DNA from: an uncultured Candidatus Binatia bacterium | Lineage (GTDB): Bacteria; Desulfobacterota; Binatia; UBA9968; JAJDTQ01 | Reading direction: 5' to 3' | DNA length: 64,000 bases | NCBI GenBank assembly: GCA_965242525.1 | Contig: OZ251459.1 | Coordinates: 3,072,001-3,136,000 of the forward strand | Translations under genes and position numbers: made by a program | Shown here: positions 28,080 through 37,937 of the stretch, piece by piece | Numbering within the stretch: the first letter of the stretch is position 1 | How the letters are laid out: each line of letters starts with the position of its first letter | Notes under the pieces: generated by a model | Databases searched by the model: none | The model's input: only the letters and a program-made list of their open reading frames with translations | What the model was told of the DNA's origin: nothing

Positions 28080-29507
28080 ATGGTTTCGGCATTGCCGGGA
28101 AGGGCGCCGCTCTTCCTGTTCGTGGCGGCGCTCCTGCTGGCGGCCTTCGCCGCCGGGCTGTATGTCGCTCGGTACAAGGTCTTTCCCTACGGTATCCTGT
28201 CTTCCGCCAGGAAAACTTTCCTGGCGGCGAACGAGGCCAGGGTTACTGCACCCTTCCAGAGACTACGGTGGGTGGATATCCCTCCCGACCAAGTGGCGGA
28301 CCGGCGCTTCGAGTTCATCGGCAGCGACCGCTTGACCGATCCGATACTGGTTCCGGGAGGGCGGGGGTACTTCCGGGAGCACTGTCCGGGCCACGTGGGC
28401 TGTCTGGCGGTGGAGTACGCCGGCCGGGGCGAAGTCCGGCATGCCTGGCCGTACCGCCCCGAGGAGTTGGAGAAATGGCTGGAGAAGGAGGAGTTCACCA
28501 GGGATTTCCCGTACGAGCACGCAATCGGGTTCTCCTTCATCAAGCATGCGCACTTTAAGGGAATATCGAAATACGCCAATGGGGACCTGCTGGCGGTCTT
28601 CCACTTCGGACCTCATAGCCACCCTTCCGGTGGCGGGGTGGCGCGCATCGACCGGAGCGGCAAGCCGGTGTGGTACCGTCCGGACTACAGCCACCATCGA
28701 CCGCACCTGACCGATGATGAAGTCCTTCTGGTTCCGGGCCTGCGGCTCGACAAGCCCAGGGAGACCGCGCTCGCATCGCGACGGCACATCCTCCGAACCG
28801 GCATACCTCGTCCGCAATCGTTTCACGACACCGTGAACGTAATCGACCCGGGAGGGAGGATGATAGAAGAGATTCCCGTCTTCGACGCCATACGGAATTC
28901 TACCTATGCCCCGCTCTTGCGCTTCTCGGATCCTTACGACTTGACGCATCTCAATTCCGTCCATCGGCTAGGAAAAGACACGGGAGGGGGGGGGGGGCTC
29001 GAACCTGGAGACCTCGTGGTGTCCTTCAGAAGCCTGCACGCGTTCGCCATACTGGACCACCGGGACCATCGGTTGAAGCGCCTGATGCGCGGCAGTTTCT
29101 TCAAGCAACACGACGTCCTGCATTTCAAAGGCTCCCGGTTCCTCATGCTGGACAACCAGGGCGCCCGAAACGCGGCCGGCGGCTCGTTCATATCACGGCT
29201 GCTGATGGTGGACACGACAAGCGGCGAGGAGACCACGATCTTCCCGAACCACAGAACTCCCGCCCACTTGCGAAAACTGTACACCGACGAAGCAGGCGGA
29301 CTTGACATTTCCCCGGACCGCAGCAGGGCCATCGTCACGATTAGCGCTGCGGGCAAGGCAGTGGAGGTCCGTATCGCCGATGGCGCGGTGCTGGTAGTGT
29401 TCGATTCGATCCACGACGTGTCGCAATCGGAGGAGTTTCCGGAGGAACGAGCCACCCGGGCGGGACGGAGGTGGTTCCAGAGCATCCGCTATAGCGGTGA
29501 CGGATGA
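28080..29507 (+). CDS. Arylsulfotransferase (ASST)-like beta-propeller protein with N-terminal membrane anchor
   Basis: TM helix; YSHH, THLNSV, VVSFRSLH, KQHD and LDNQG motifs resemble the arylsulfotransferase family. Start ATG 28080 is inferred. Confidence 0.75.
   Translation: MVSALPGRAPLFLFVAALLLAAFAAGLYVARYKVFPYGILSSARKTFLAANEARVTAPFQRLRWVDIPPDQVADRRFEFIGSDRLTDPILVPGGRGYFREHCPGHVGCLAVEYAGRGEVRHAWPYRPEELEKWLEKEEFTRDFPYEHAIGFSFIKHAHFKGISKYANGDLLAVFHFGPHSHPSGGGVARIDRSGKPVWYRPDYSHHRPHLTDDEVLLVPGLRLDKPRETALASRRHILRTGIPRPQSFHDTVNVIDPGGRMIEEIPVFDAIRNSTYAPLLRFSDPYDLTHLNSVHRLGKDTGGGGGLEPGDLVVSFRSLHAFAILDHRDHRLKRLMRGSFFKQHDVLHFKGSRFLMLDNQGARNAAGGSFISRLLMVDTTSGEETTIFPNHRTPAHLRKLYTDEAGGLDISPDRSRAIVTISAAGKAVEVRIADGAVLVVFDSIHDVSQSEEFPEERATRAGRRWFQSIRYSGDG
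28986..28997 (+). repeat. G12 homopolymer inside the ASST-like gene
   Basis: Twelve consecutive G encoding GGGG in frame. Confidence 0.85.
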
Positions 29508-29548
29508 TGGTAAGGCGGGATGGATGCAGCGCGTCCCTGAAGTTGCGG

Positions 29549-30412
29549 CTAACCGTTCCCCATCATCACGTTCGTGATGCGCTCCAGGTCGTCCTGGGAA
29601 TAGTATTCGATCTCCAGCTTGCCCTTGTGGTCGCTGGCCCGGTGCGTGAGCCGGACCCGGGTGCCGAGCCGGCGCTGCAACGTCTCCACCAGGCTCGACA
29701 GGTCCGGGTCCAGCCGGTCTTCGTTCCTGGTCCGCTTTCCCCTCTTGAGCCGCTTGACCAGGGCCTCGGCCTCCCGGGTCGAGAGCCCCTTGCCCATGAC
29801 TTCGCGCGCGGCCGCGGCCAACGCCGAGCGGTCTTCGAGTCCCAGCAGGGCCCGCACCTGGCCCGCGGCCAGCTCGCCGCGGCTCACGTGACCCTTGACC
29901 TCGTCGGGCAGGGACAGGAGCCGGAGCGAGTTGGCCACCGCAGAACGGCTCCTGCCGACCTTCTCGGACACCTGCTCCTGGGTCAGTTCGAACCGTTCCT
30001 GTAGCTGCGCGAACGCCTCCGCTTCTTCGATGGGGTTCAGGTCCTCGCGTTGGAGGTTTTCGACCAGGGCCAGCAGCAACGAGTTCGGGTCGGCCGTCTC
30101 GTGGATGACGATGGGGACTTCCGAGAGCCCCAACCTGCGAGCCGCCCGCAGCCGGCGTTCGCCCGCGATCAGCTCGTAGCCGCCGGCTCTGGTGCGGACT
30201 ACCAGGGGTTGCAGCATTCCGCTGGCCTCGATGGAATCGGCCAGCTCGTTGATCTTGTGTTCGTCGAATACCCGCCGCGGCTGGTTCGGGTTGGGAACGA
30301 TCAACGAGGGATGGACCGTGGTGGGCGGATCGTCCGGTCGGCGGTCCTGGACCAGCGGCTCGCCTTTGGGAAGCAGGGCGTCAAGACCCCGACCCAATCT
30401 ATTCTTCTGCAT
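29549..30412 (-). CDS. parB: Chromosome partitioning protein ParB
   Basis: LGRGLDALL, NPNQPR, AGERRLRAA and ENLQREDLNPIEEA. Confidence 0.97.
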   Translation of the reverse strand: MQKNRLGRGLDALLPKGEPLVQDRRPDDPPTTVHPSLIVPNPNQPRRVFDEHKINELADSIEASGMLQPLVVRTRAGGYELIAGERRLRAARRLGLSEVPIVIHETADPNSLLLALVENLQREDLNPIEEAEAFAQLQERFELTQEQVSEKVGRSRSAVANSLRLLSLPDEVKGHVSRGELAAGQVRALLGLEDRSALAAAAREVMGKGLSTREAEALVKRLKRGKRTRNEDRLDPDLSSLVETLQRRLGTRVRLTHRASDHKGKLEIEYYSQDDLERITNVMMGNG

Positions 30413-31181
30413 GTCTCGACTCCTTTCGACTCACCACTTCGGCAGCGAGACTCAGGTAACTCTGTGCTCCCGCGGAACGGGCGTCGTAGAGCAGCGCCGG
30501 CTTTCCGTGGCTGGGGCTTTCGCTCAGGCGAACGTTCCGAGGGATGACGGTCTCGAAGACGTGGTCGGGAAAATGGCTGCGGACGTCCTGAGCCACCTGG
30601 GCGGAAAGGTTGCTGCGTCCATCATACATGCACAGGACCACGCCTTCGAGCTTCAAGCCCCGGTTGTAGGTGGCCTGAACGCGCTTCATGGTGTCCAGTA
30701 CGGTGCTGAGGCCTTCGAGGGCGTAATACTCACACTGGACGGGCACCAGCAGCGAATCCGCGGCTACCAGGGCGTTGAGCGTGAGCAGCCCCACCGAAGG
30801 CGGACAATCCAGCAGTATGTAGTCGAACCGGTATCGGACCGTCTCCAGGGCGTGGCTGAGCCGTTCGGTGCGGTTCTCCATGTCGATCATCTGGATCTCG
30901 GCGCTGACCAGGTCGCGGGTGGCCGGCAGCATGAAGAGCCGCGCCATCTCTGTCGCGCACAGCGCTTCGGTGACGAAACAGTTGTCGAGCATCACGTCGT
31001 AGATGCTTTTGTTGAGGAACTCCCGATCAACGCCGAACCCCGTCGTGCTGTTGCCCTGCGGGTCCATGTCCACGATCAGGGTCCTCTTCGCGGCAACGGC
31101 CAGGGATGCGCCGAGGTTCACCGCAGTGGTGGTCTTCCCGACCCCTCCCTTCTGGTTGGCTATGGCGATGATTTTACCCAA
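30399..31181 (-). CDS. parA: Chromosome partitioning ATPase ParA/Soj
   Basis: NQKGGVGKTT, DMDPQGN, DCPPS and PRNVRLSESPSHG. Confidence 0.98.
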   Translation of the reverse strand: MGKIIAIANQKGGVGKTTTAVNLGASLAVAAKRTLIVDMDPQGNSTTGFGVDREFLNKSIYDVMLDNCFVTEALCATEMARLFMLPATRDLVSAEIQMIDMENRTERLSHALETVRYRFDYILLDCPPSVGLLTLNALVAADSLLVPVQCEYYALEGLSTVLDTMKRVQATYNRGLKLEGVVLCMYDGRSNLSAQVAQDVRSHFPDHVFETVIPRNVRLSESPSHGKPALLYDARSAGAQSYLSLAAEVVSRKESRHAEE

Positions 31182-31260
31182 AAATCGTTACAACTCAATG
31201 AGTTATGCAACAGTCCACCGTTTGTTTTGTAGCACGCGCCGGCTTGGAAGGGAAGCTCCG

Positions 31261-31276
31261 TGTTTCACGTGAAACC
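31261..31276. promoter_or_regulatory. parS site
   Basis: TGTTTCACGTGAAACC, 15/16 match to TGTTTCACGTGAAACA, 80 bp upstream of parA. Confidence 0.9.
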
Positions 31277-31309
31277 ACCCACAAACCGAAAAAGCAAAAA
31301 CCAAGCAAA

Positions 31310-32123
31310 GGAAACCCTGAAGAATCGGGACAGGGGGACATTATGGATTCCCGCTTTCGCGGGAATGACGAGGTATGGGCGTCTGCGGAGCAATGACGGC
31401 GTGTTCCCTTTCGCTCCCCTTTTCCTCCTACCTTAGGAACATCCGAACAATCGAGACATCTGGGATGGATTCCCGATTCCCTCACCCTGACGCCCCTATT
31501 CCCGTTCGTCCTGAGCGTAGCGAAGCGAAGTCGAAGGACGCTCTCATGCCCTCTGCCCGATTGTTCAGAGGTTCCCTTACCCACACAAAAGCCGGAAGAT
31601 CCCGTAAATCAAAGGTCTGTCATTCCCCTGCTTCCACGGGTCCTTCTCTGGCAGGCAGTAAGCCGAGAGGCAGGCGTCGCGGATGCCCACCTCGCATTCC
31701 CGCAGATGCCCACTCCCCGCCATTCCCGCGAAAGCGGGAATCCACTATCGCAGAGTGCCATAGGTCTGCTCGCAAGGATGCAAACACAGGGAATTTTCAT
31801 AAGGAACCTCCGAAGAATCGGGACAAGGGGAATGAGCGCGTCCTTCGACTCCGCTACGCTACGCTCAGGACGAACGGGATAGGAGCGTCAGGATGCGGGT
31901 ACCGGGAATCCATCCCGGATGTCTCGAATCTCCGGATTCCCGCTTTCGCGGGAATGACGGCATGAGGTTTCGCGGGAATGACGGGGCTGGCGTCCGCGGG
32001 AACCCTGAAACCGATCCCCATTCGTCCTGAGCATAGCGTAGCAAACTCGACCCTGCTCGTCGTGAGCGTAGCGAAGTCCTCCGTTCGTCCTGAGCGTAGC
32101 GTAGCGAAGTCGAAGGACGCGCT
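31310..32123. repeat. Dense cluster of REP-like palindromes and MITE-like copies between parA and rsmG
   Basis: Half-MITE at 31310, full MITE 31436-31575, truncated MITE from 31803, TTCCCGC..GCGGGAA hairpins at ~31347, ~31721 and ~31936, and inverted GCTCAGGACGAAC-type units at 32020-32122. Confidence 0.85.
31436..31575. mobile_element. MITE-like element (copy C) flanked by a CTTA direct repeat
   Basis: CTTA-GGAACATCCGAACAATCGAGACA ... TGCCCGATTGTTCAGAGGTTCC-CTTA. Confidence 0.7.
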
Positions 32124-32822
32124 TCAGACGTTCCATGTCTCACTCCAAGACCGCGGCGCCGCCTTCCGGAAGGTCAGCAACGTCCGGCGCTCGCGCCCGA
32201 AAGGGAGTTCGAGGTCGATCTTTCTTCCCTCGGAAAGCCCATACCCTGCAAGACACCCTCGGAGTTCATCCAGCACCGCGGTCCCCTTGGGGCCGTGCAT
32301 GACGATGGACGTCCCGTCCGGCGCCAGGAGCTTTCCGCTGGCCTCCAGGAACCCGCGAATATCGGAAAACCCGCGGGTAATGGTCTCCTGCATGGCCGGT
32401 AACGAGTCCCCAGGCAAGCTCTCCATCCGACCCTCGACCACATGGGCGTTGGTCAGACCGAGTTCTCGAACCACGTGCCTCAGAAAGGTGGCGCGCTTTC
32501 GACGCGGCTCCAGCAGATACACGGGCTTCTCGGGCAACATGATGTTGATGGGGATTCCCGGAAATCCGGCGCCGCTGCCGACGTCCAGAAGCCTGCCGCC
32601 ACGGCTCAGCAAAGGGACGACGGAAAGGGAGTCGATGAAGTGCAGGCGCAAGACGAGCTCCCGGTCGCGGATGGCGGTGAGGTTCAGGCGCACGCTCCAG
32701 AACGAAAGCATCGACAGGTAGCGGGAGAATGCGCGGGTATGACGTGGAGACAGTTCGAGACCGAAGGACTTGGCGCCCTCTACCAGGAGTCGTTCGTTCT
32801 TGGCGGAGTCCGTATCAGTCAC
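32124..32822 (-). CDS. rsmG: 16S rRNA m7G527 methyltransferase
   Basis: LNLTAI, HFIDSL and LDVGSGAGFPGIP. Confidence 0.95.
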   Translation of the reverse strand: MTDTDSAKNERLLVEGAKSFGLELSPRHTRAFSRYLSMLSFWSVRLNLTAIRDRELVLRLHFIDSLSVVPLLSRGGRLLDVGSGAGFPGIPINIMLPEKPVYLLEPRRKRATFLRHVVRELGLTNAHVVEGRMESLPGDSLPAMQETITRGFSDIRGFLEASGKLLAPDGTSIVMHGPKGTAVLDELRGCLAGYGLSEGRKIDLELPFGRERRTLLTFRKAAPRSWSETWNV

Positions 32823-32887
32823 AGGTGGCGGCGCTCTTTGGGTGCGGTGCGCTACGGGAGCATCCGCGGATGGCGGTCCCGTCTGGA

Positions 32888-34777
32888 TCAGCCGGCCTTC
32901 GTCTTGTAGAGGTAAAGGGAAAGCACCGAGATGGCCGCGGGAGTGACGCCCGAAATCCTGTAAGCCTGCCCCAGGGAACGCGGGCGCACGCGGGTCAGCT
33001 TATCGCTGATTTCGCGTGAGAGCCCGTTGATCTTGCGGTAATCCATGTCTTCGGGAAGCACCACGTTCTCCATCTTCTGGAAACGCTTGAGGCCCTGGGC
33101 CTGCCGGTCCACGTAACCGCTGTATTTGATCGAAACCTCCGCCTGCAGGGCCGCGTCGGACGGAACCTCGGCCAGCTCGGGGCGGAAAGTCGCCAGATCC
33201 CGGAACGCGACCTCTGGACGGCGAAGCAACTGCGCCAACGAAGAGATGTTCCGTATGGGCGCCGTTCCCATGTCGCGTAGCTCGGTCTGCACCCGATGCG
33301 AGGGATGGATGCGGACGGTCTCCAGCTTTTCGCTCACTTCGGCAATGAGAGCCTGCTTCCTGGCGGTCCGTGCGCGCGCCTGCGGCGTGGCGAGGCCGAT
33401 CCGGCCGCCCAACTCCGTCAGCCGCAGGTCGGCGTTGTCCTCCCTGAGCAGCAATCGGTACTCGGCGCGGGAGGTAAACATCCGGTAAGGCTCACCGTCG
33501 GTCCCCTTGGTAACGAGGTCGTCGATGAGGACACCGATGTATGCCTGGTCACGGGAAAGGATCAGCGGGTCTTCCCCTCTGAGGCTGAGGACCGCGTTGA
33601 TGGCCGCCACGAGACCCTGGCTCGCGGCCTCTTCGTATCCTGTCGTGCCGTTTATCTGGCCTGCCAGGTAAAGGCTGCCCATGGCCTTGGTTTCCAGGGT
33701 CGGCTTCAGTTGGGTCGGCTCCACGTAGTCGTACTCGATGGCATAGCCGGGCCTCATGATCTCGGCGTCTTCCAGTCCTTCGATGCTGTGGACCATTTCC
33801 GCCTGGACATCGAGCGGAAGGCTGGTGGAGATGCCGTTCGGATAGACTTCCACCGTGTCGTAGCCCTCCGGTTCGAGGAAGATCTGGTGCCTTTGCTTGT
33901 CGGCAAAGCGTACCACCTTGTCCTCGATGGAAGGGCAATAGCGCGGCCCGCGGCTCTTGATGACCCCGGAGTACATGGGCGAACGATGGATCGCGGCCCG
34001 GATGATGTCGTGGGTCGCAGGGTTGGTGTAAGTGACGTGGCAAGGGATCTGCTCCTGCTCGATCCTCTCCGTGCCGAAAGAGAACGGGACGGGCGTCTCG
34101 TCCCCATACTGGACCGCCAGCTTCGAATAGTCGATGGTGTGGGCATTGAGACGGGGACAGGTGCCGGTCTTGAGCCGGCCGAGCCGCAGCCCCAGAGCAC
34201 TCAAGGACCCGCTCAAGCCTTGAGCGGCGAAATCCCCTGCCCGGCCCGCGGAATAGTTGCGGTCGCCCACGTGGATGACTCCCTGAAGGAAAGTCCCGGT
34301 GGTCAAAATGGTCTTCCTTGCCTCGAATACTTCTCCTATCTGGGATTCCACTCCTACGACGTGGCCGTCGCGACACAGGAGCGCTTCCACGCTGGCCTGC
34401 TTGAGGGTCAGCCCCTCGCAGTTCTCCAGCACCCGCTTCATCCGCCGGCGGTAGAGGGCCTTGTCGGCCTGGGCCCTGGAAGCCCTGACCGCTGGCCCTT
34501 TCTTGGTGTTCAACACGCGGAACTGGATGCCGGTCTCGTCGATACCTCGCGCCATCTCGCCGCCAAGGGCGTCGATTTCCTTGACGAGATGCCCCTTGCC
34601 GATTCCGCCAATGGCGGGATTGCACGACATCTGTCCGATATGGTCGAGGTTCAAGGTCAACATCAACGTATCGAAACCCATCCGGGCGGCCGCCAGGGAG
34701 GCTTCGATACCCGCGTGCCCGGCCCCGACCACGATGACGTCGTAGATCCTGCCTTGTCCCTTGGCTGATTGTTTCAC
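32888..34777 (-). CDS. mnmG: tRNA uridine 5-carboxymethylaminomethyl modification enzyme MnmG/GidA
   Basis: [42 protein letters not shown] and [11 protein letters not shown]. Confidence 0.99.
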   Translation of the reverse strand: MKQSAKGQGRIYDVIVVGAGHAGIEASLAAARMGFDTLMLTLNLDHIGQMSCNPAIGGIGKGHLVKEIDALGGEMARGIDETGIQFRVLNTKKGPAVRASRAQADKALYRRRMKRVLENCEGLTLKQASVEALLCRDGHVVGVESQIGEVFEARKTILTTGTFLQGVIHVGDRNYSAGRAGDFAAQGLSGSLSALGLRLGRLKTGTCPRLNAHTIDYSKLAVQYGDETPVPFSFGTERIEQEQIPCHVTYTNPATHDIIRAAIHRSPMYSGVIKSRGPRYCPSIEDKVVRFADKQRHQIFLEPEGYDTVEVYPNGISTSLPLDVQAEMVHSIEGLEDAEIMRPGYAIEYDYVEPTQLKPTLETKAMGSLYLAGQINGTTGYEEAASQGLVAAINAVLSLRGEDPLILSRDQAYIGVLIDDLVTKGTDGEPYRMFTSRAEYRLLLREDNADLRLTELGGRIGLATPQARARTARKQALIAEVSEKLETVRIHPSHRVQTELRDMGTAPIRNISSLAQLLRRPEVAFRDLATFRPELAEVPSDAALQAEVSIKYSGYVDRQAQGLKRFQKMENVVLPEDMDYRKINGLSREISDKLTRVRPRSLGQAYRISGVTPAAISVLSLYLYKTKAG

Positions 34778-34785
34778 GTGAAACT
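34770..34785. promoter_or_regulatory. parS site overlapping the mnmG start codon
   Basis: TGTTTCACGTGAAACT, 15/16 match to the parS consensus. Confidence 0.85.
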
Positions 34786-34818
34786 CCTCGATCTATTCGA
34801 GCAGAGATCCTGCCAACG

Positions 34819-36186
34819 CTATTTCCCGATGCAGAACTGCGAGAAGATGCGTTCGAGAACATCGTCGTTGGTTACGGCGCCGATGATCTCCGCGAGATTG
34901 TCACGCGCCTCCTGCAGGTCCACCGCCACGATGTCGGGCGGCATACCCTGCTCCATTGCGCGTTGGACCTCGGACAGGCTGGACCTTGCCCGTTCCAGAG
35001 CGGCCTTATGGCGGACGTTGGTCACAACGATTTCGGATTCCTTCGAGGAATCGAGAAAGCAGTCGCGCAAAGCCGTCCTCAACTCGTCCAGCCCCTGGTT
35101 GGTCAGCGCAGACACCCTCACCTGCTTCAGGTGGGGCAACGTCTCGGACACCTCCGCGGGCGTAAGCCTTTGTCCCAGGTCCGACTTGTTGACGACCGCG
35201 AGCCCCTGCCTGTCCCCTACCCTTTGCATCACCTGCGTATCTTCAGGGGTGAGAGGCGCCGACCCGTCCAGCACCAGCAGGCAACCCTCGCTCTCTTCGA
35301 GCTTTTCAAGGGTCACGTCGATGCCGATCTGCTCCACGCCCTCCGTCCCCCCTCGAATGCCCGCGGTGTCCCACAGGACCACGGGCAACCCGTCGAGGCT
35401 CACGGTCTCCTCGATGAAGTCCCGGGTGGTGCCGGGCGTCGCCGTGACAATGGCGCGGTCCACCCCCAGCAAAGCGTTCATCAGGCTCGACTTGCCGACG
35501 TTCGGACGCCCGACGATGCACACGCGAACCCCCTCCCGGATCAGTCGCCCCCACTCGTAGCTGTCGATCAGAGCCGATATCCTGTCCACTACCCCTGCGA
35601 CTTTCCCCGCCAACGCCGCTTGCTGGAGGAGCTCGATCTCCTCTTCCGGGAAGTCGATGGCGGCTTCCACTTGCACGAGGGTATCGACCAACTGTTCCCG
35701 CAGCGCGCGCACCTCCTGCGACAACCCGCCTTCCATCTGGCCCAACGCCACCCCCGCGGCCTTGTCCGTGCGCGACCGGATCAGGTCCAACACCGCCTCG
35801 GCCTGGGTCAAGTCCAATCGCCCGTTCAGGAACGCCCTCTTCGTGAACTCCCCGGGATCCGCGTGCCGCGCCCCGCGGGCCAGCACCAGACCCAGCACCT
35901 GCCGAACCACGTAAGGGCCTCCGTGGCAATGGATCTCGACGGTGTCCTCGCCCGTGTAACTCCTCGGCTGCCGCAGGAACGCGAACATCACTTCGTCCAC
36001 CACCGCCCCCCGGTCCGGGTCCCTGACCCTCCCGTAATACAACCGGTGGGACTCCCAACCCAGGTCCTTGCGAACGAGTACCTCCCTTCCGATACGCTCG
36101 GCGTCCGGACCGCTCAGGCGCACCAGGGCCACCCCACCCTCCCCCGGGGGCGTGGCCACCGCTGCTATGGTGTCCGCACGGTACAC
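34819..36186 (-). CDS. mnmE: tRNA modification GTPase MnmE/TrmE
   Basis: DTIAAVATP, PRSYTGED, GRPNVGKSS, GTTRD, DTAG, NKSD and C-terminal FCIGK. Confidence 0.99.
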   Translation of the reverse strand: MYRADTIAAVATPPGEGGVALVRLSGPDAERIGREVLVRKDLGWESHRLYYGRVRDPDRGAVVDEVMFAFLRQPRSYTGEDTVEIHCHGGPYVVRQVLGLVLARGARHADPGEFTKRAFLNGRLDLTQAEAVLDLIRSRTDKAAGVALGQMEGGLSQEVRALREQLVDTLVQVEAAIDFPEEEIELLQQAALAGKVAGVVDRISALIDSYEWGRLIREGVRVCIVGRPNVGKSSLMNALLGVDRAIVTATPGTTRDFIEETVSLDGLPVVLWDTAGIRGGTEGVEQIGIDVTLEKLEESEGCLLVLDGSAPLTPEDTQVMQRVGDRQGLAVVNKSDLGQRLTPAEVSETLPHLKQVRVSALTNQGLDELRTALRDCFLDSSKESEIVVTNVRHKAALERARSSLSEVQRAMEQGMPPDIVAVDLQEARDNLAEIIGAVTNDDVLERIFSQFCIGK

Positions 36187-36318
36187 AACGGGTCCTCCGG
36201 CTGCCGCACGCCGCGGTTATGTCCCATATACCCCATCTCGCCCGTAGCACAAGCACATGGACCGCGCCTTCGTTCGCCTCCCCCGAAAAACTGTGTTAGA
36301 CATGGACCTCGAACCGCC

Positions 36319-37380
36319 ATGAACCGAACCACCGACGACCTCCGAATCGAAGACCCGCGTCCCTTGGTCCCAGCAATGATTTTGGTGGACGAAGAACTGC
36401 CGATTACGGAACGGGCCACCGAAACGGTCACCAAGGCCCGGCGCGAAATCGACGACATCATCAGCGGCCGCGACCAACGGCTCCTGGTCATCGCCGGTCC
36501 CTGCTCCATACACGATTCGAAGGCGGCCCTGGAGTACGCGGGCCGCCTGAAGCGCGAATCCGACCGACTTGCCGACGACCTTCTCGTCATCATGCGCGTC
36601 TATTTCGAGAAGCCGCGCACAACCGTGGGCTGGAAGGGCCTCATCAACGACCCGAACCTCGACGGCAGCTTCAACATCAACAAGGGGTTGCGGCTCGCCC
36701 GGGGCCTGTTGCTCGACTTGGCGAACATGGGGTTGGCCGCGGGGTCCGAGTTCCTGGACACCATCACACCACAGTTCACCGCGGACTTGGTGTCCTGGGG
36801 CGCCATTGGCGCGCGCACCTCGGAGAGCCAGGTGCACAGGGAACTGGCCTCCGGGTTGTCCATGCCCGTCGGGTTCAAGAACGGCACCGGGGGTTCCATC
36901 CAGATCGCCATCGACGGGGTGCGCGCCGCATGCCATCCGCACCACTTCCTCGGGGTCACCAAGCAGGGAATCGCGGCGATCATCTCCACGTCGGGGAACG
37001 AGAGCTGCCACGTGATCCTGCGAGGTTCGGTCAAGGGTCCGAACTACCAACGGACCGTCGTCGATGAAACCGCGCAGACCCTGCGCGACGCCAACCTGCC
37101 GGACCGCGTGCTGGTGGATTGCAGCCACGGGAACAGCCAGAAGGACTACCGGCGCCAGCCCGAAGTGGCCCGGGAGGTGTGCGCGCAGGTCGCCGAGGGT
37201 TCCGGCAACATCTGCGGCGTCATGATGGAGAGCCACCTCGTGGCCGGTCGCCAGGACATCACTCCCGACACCCCCCTGACCTACGGCCAGAGCGTCACCG
37301 ACGCCTGCATCGACTGGGAGACCACCGTTCCCACCCTCCAGGCCCTCGCCCGCGCCTCGCACCAGAGAAACGGTTCCTGA
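36319..37380 (+). CDS. aroF: Class I 3-deoxy-7-phosphoheptulonate (DAHP) synthase
   Basis: GPCSIHD, RVYFEKPRTTVGWKG, IGARTSESQ, DCSHGNS and YGQSVTDAC. Confidence 0.96.
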   Translation: MNRTTDDLRIEDPRPLVPAMILVDEELPITERATETVTKARREIDDIISGRDQRLLVIAGPCSIHDSKAALEYAGRLKRESDRLADDLLVIMRVYFEKPRTTVGWKGLINDPNLDGSFNINKGLRLARGLLLDLANMGLAAGSEFLDTITPQFTADLVSWGAIGARTSESQVHRELASGLSMPVGFKNGTGGSIQIAIDGVRAACHPHHFLGVTKQGIAAIISTSGNESCHVILRGSVKGPNYQRTVVDETAQTLRDANLPDRVLVDCSHGNSQKDYRRQPEVAREVCAQVAEGSGNICGVMMESHLVAGRQDITPDTPLTYGQSVTDACIDWETTVPTLQALARASHQRNGS

Positions 37381-37446
37381 AGGCAGGTCAGCCGTCCCCG
37401 GACAGCGGCGCATCCGGCGCCGCTCGTGTGCAGCAGTCGCGATCCC

Positions 37447-37773
37447 ATGGAACCTCCCGTCGCAACCTCCCGCTTCATCGCCATAAGGGACGAAGACAGG
37501 TGGACGGTCACGGTCTCCGTCTTTCCTCCCGAACCGGACCCGGAATCCGAGCACCGGGACTACCGCTGCCGGATCGAAATGACGGGACTTCCCGCACCCG
37601 TCTATTCCCACGGGATCGATTCCCTGCAAGCCTTGAGCCTGTCGTTTTCCTTTCTCTACCGGGAACTTCGACGACTGGAGCGTTCCGGATGGAAGCTCAC
37701 CCTCGATGGAGAGACGGAAATGACGCCCTCCCTGCTTTCGTCCTATCTCGGAGCGGTCCAGGAGCATCGCTGA
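37447..37773 (+). CDS. Small hypothetical protein (DUF6968-like)
   Basis: YRCRIEMTG...HGIDSLQAL motif; family assignment from memory. Confidence 0.55.
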   Translation: MEPPVATSRFIAIRDEDRWTVTVSVFPPEPDPESEHRDYRCRIEMTGLPAPVYSHGIDSLQALSLSFSFLYRELRRLERSGWKLTLDGETEMTPSLLSSYLGAVQEHR

Positions 37774-37862
37774 GGCGGTCCGCGGGTCGGACCCGTCCCC
37801 ATATATTGTTCAGTCTTCCGTTCCTCTATTTTGTCTTTCCACGGATTTTTCGGCCTAAGAGG

Positions 37863-37892
37863 TTGACAATGTCGGATTCCATAAAGAATAAT
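37863..37892 (+). promoter_or_regulatory. Candidate sigma70 promoter for the XRE-IrrE/PIN pair
   Basis: TTGACA-N18-AATAAT in an AT-rich intergenic stretch; the palindrome GACAATGTC overlaps the -35. Confidence 0.4.
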
Positions 37893-37937
37893 CTGACACA
37901 ATATACGCGGAATTACGGGCTGGAAGGAGCGAACCAT

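Noticed and set aside
31192-31205. Short palindrome AACTCAATGAGTT upstream of parA
   Set aside because: Single occurrence that cannot be assigned to a regulator from sequence alone.
31195-32143. Small ORFs in the parA-rsmG gap (also 785-1018, 2057-2466)
   Set aside because: They are translations of REP/MITE repeats (RPERSEAKSKDA, SFPRKRES) rather than genes.
32129-32144. Third parS-like sequence at the end of rsmG (CGTTCCATGTCTCACT)
   Set aside because: Only one half resembles parS and the palindrome is broken.
37119-37937. Long N-terminal extension of the XRE-IrrE ORF given in the ORF track (similar extensions for aroF, aroB, hsdR and YyaL)
   Set aside because: The extensions overlap other genes; downstream starts with an RBS or coupling and family-typical N-termini fit better.
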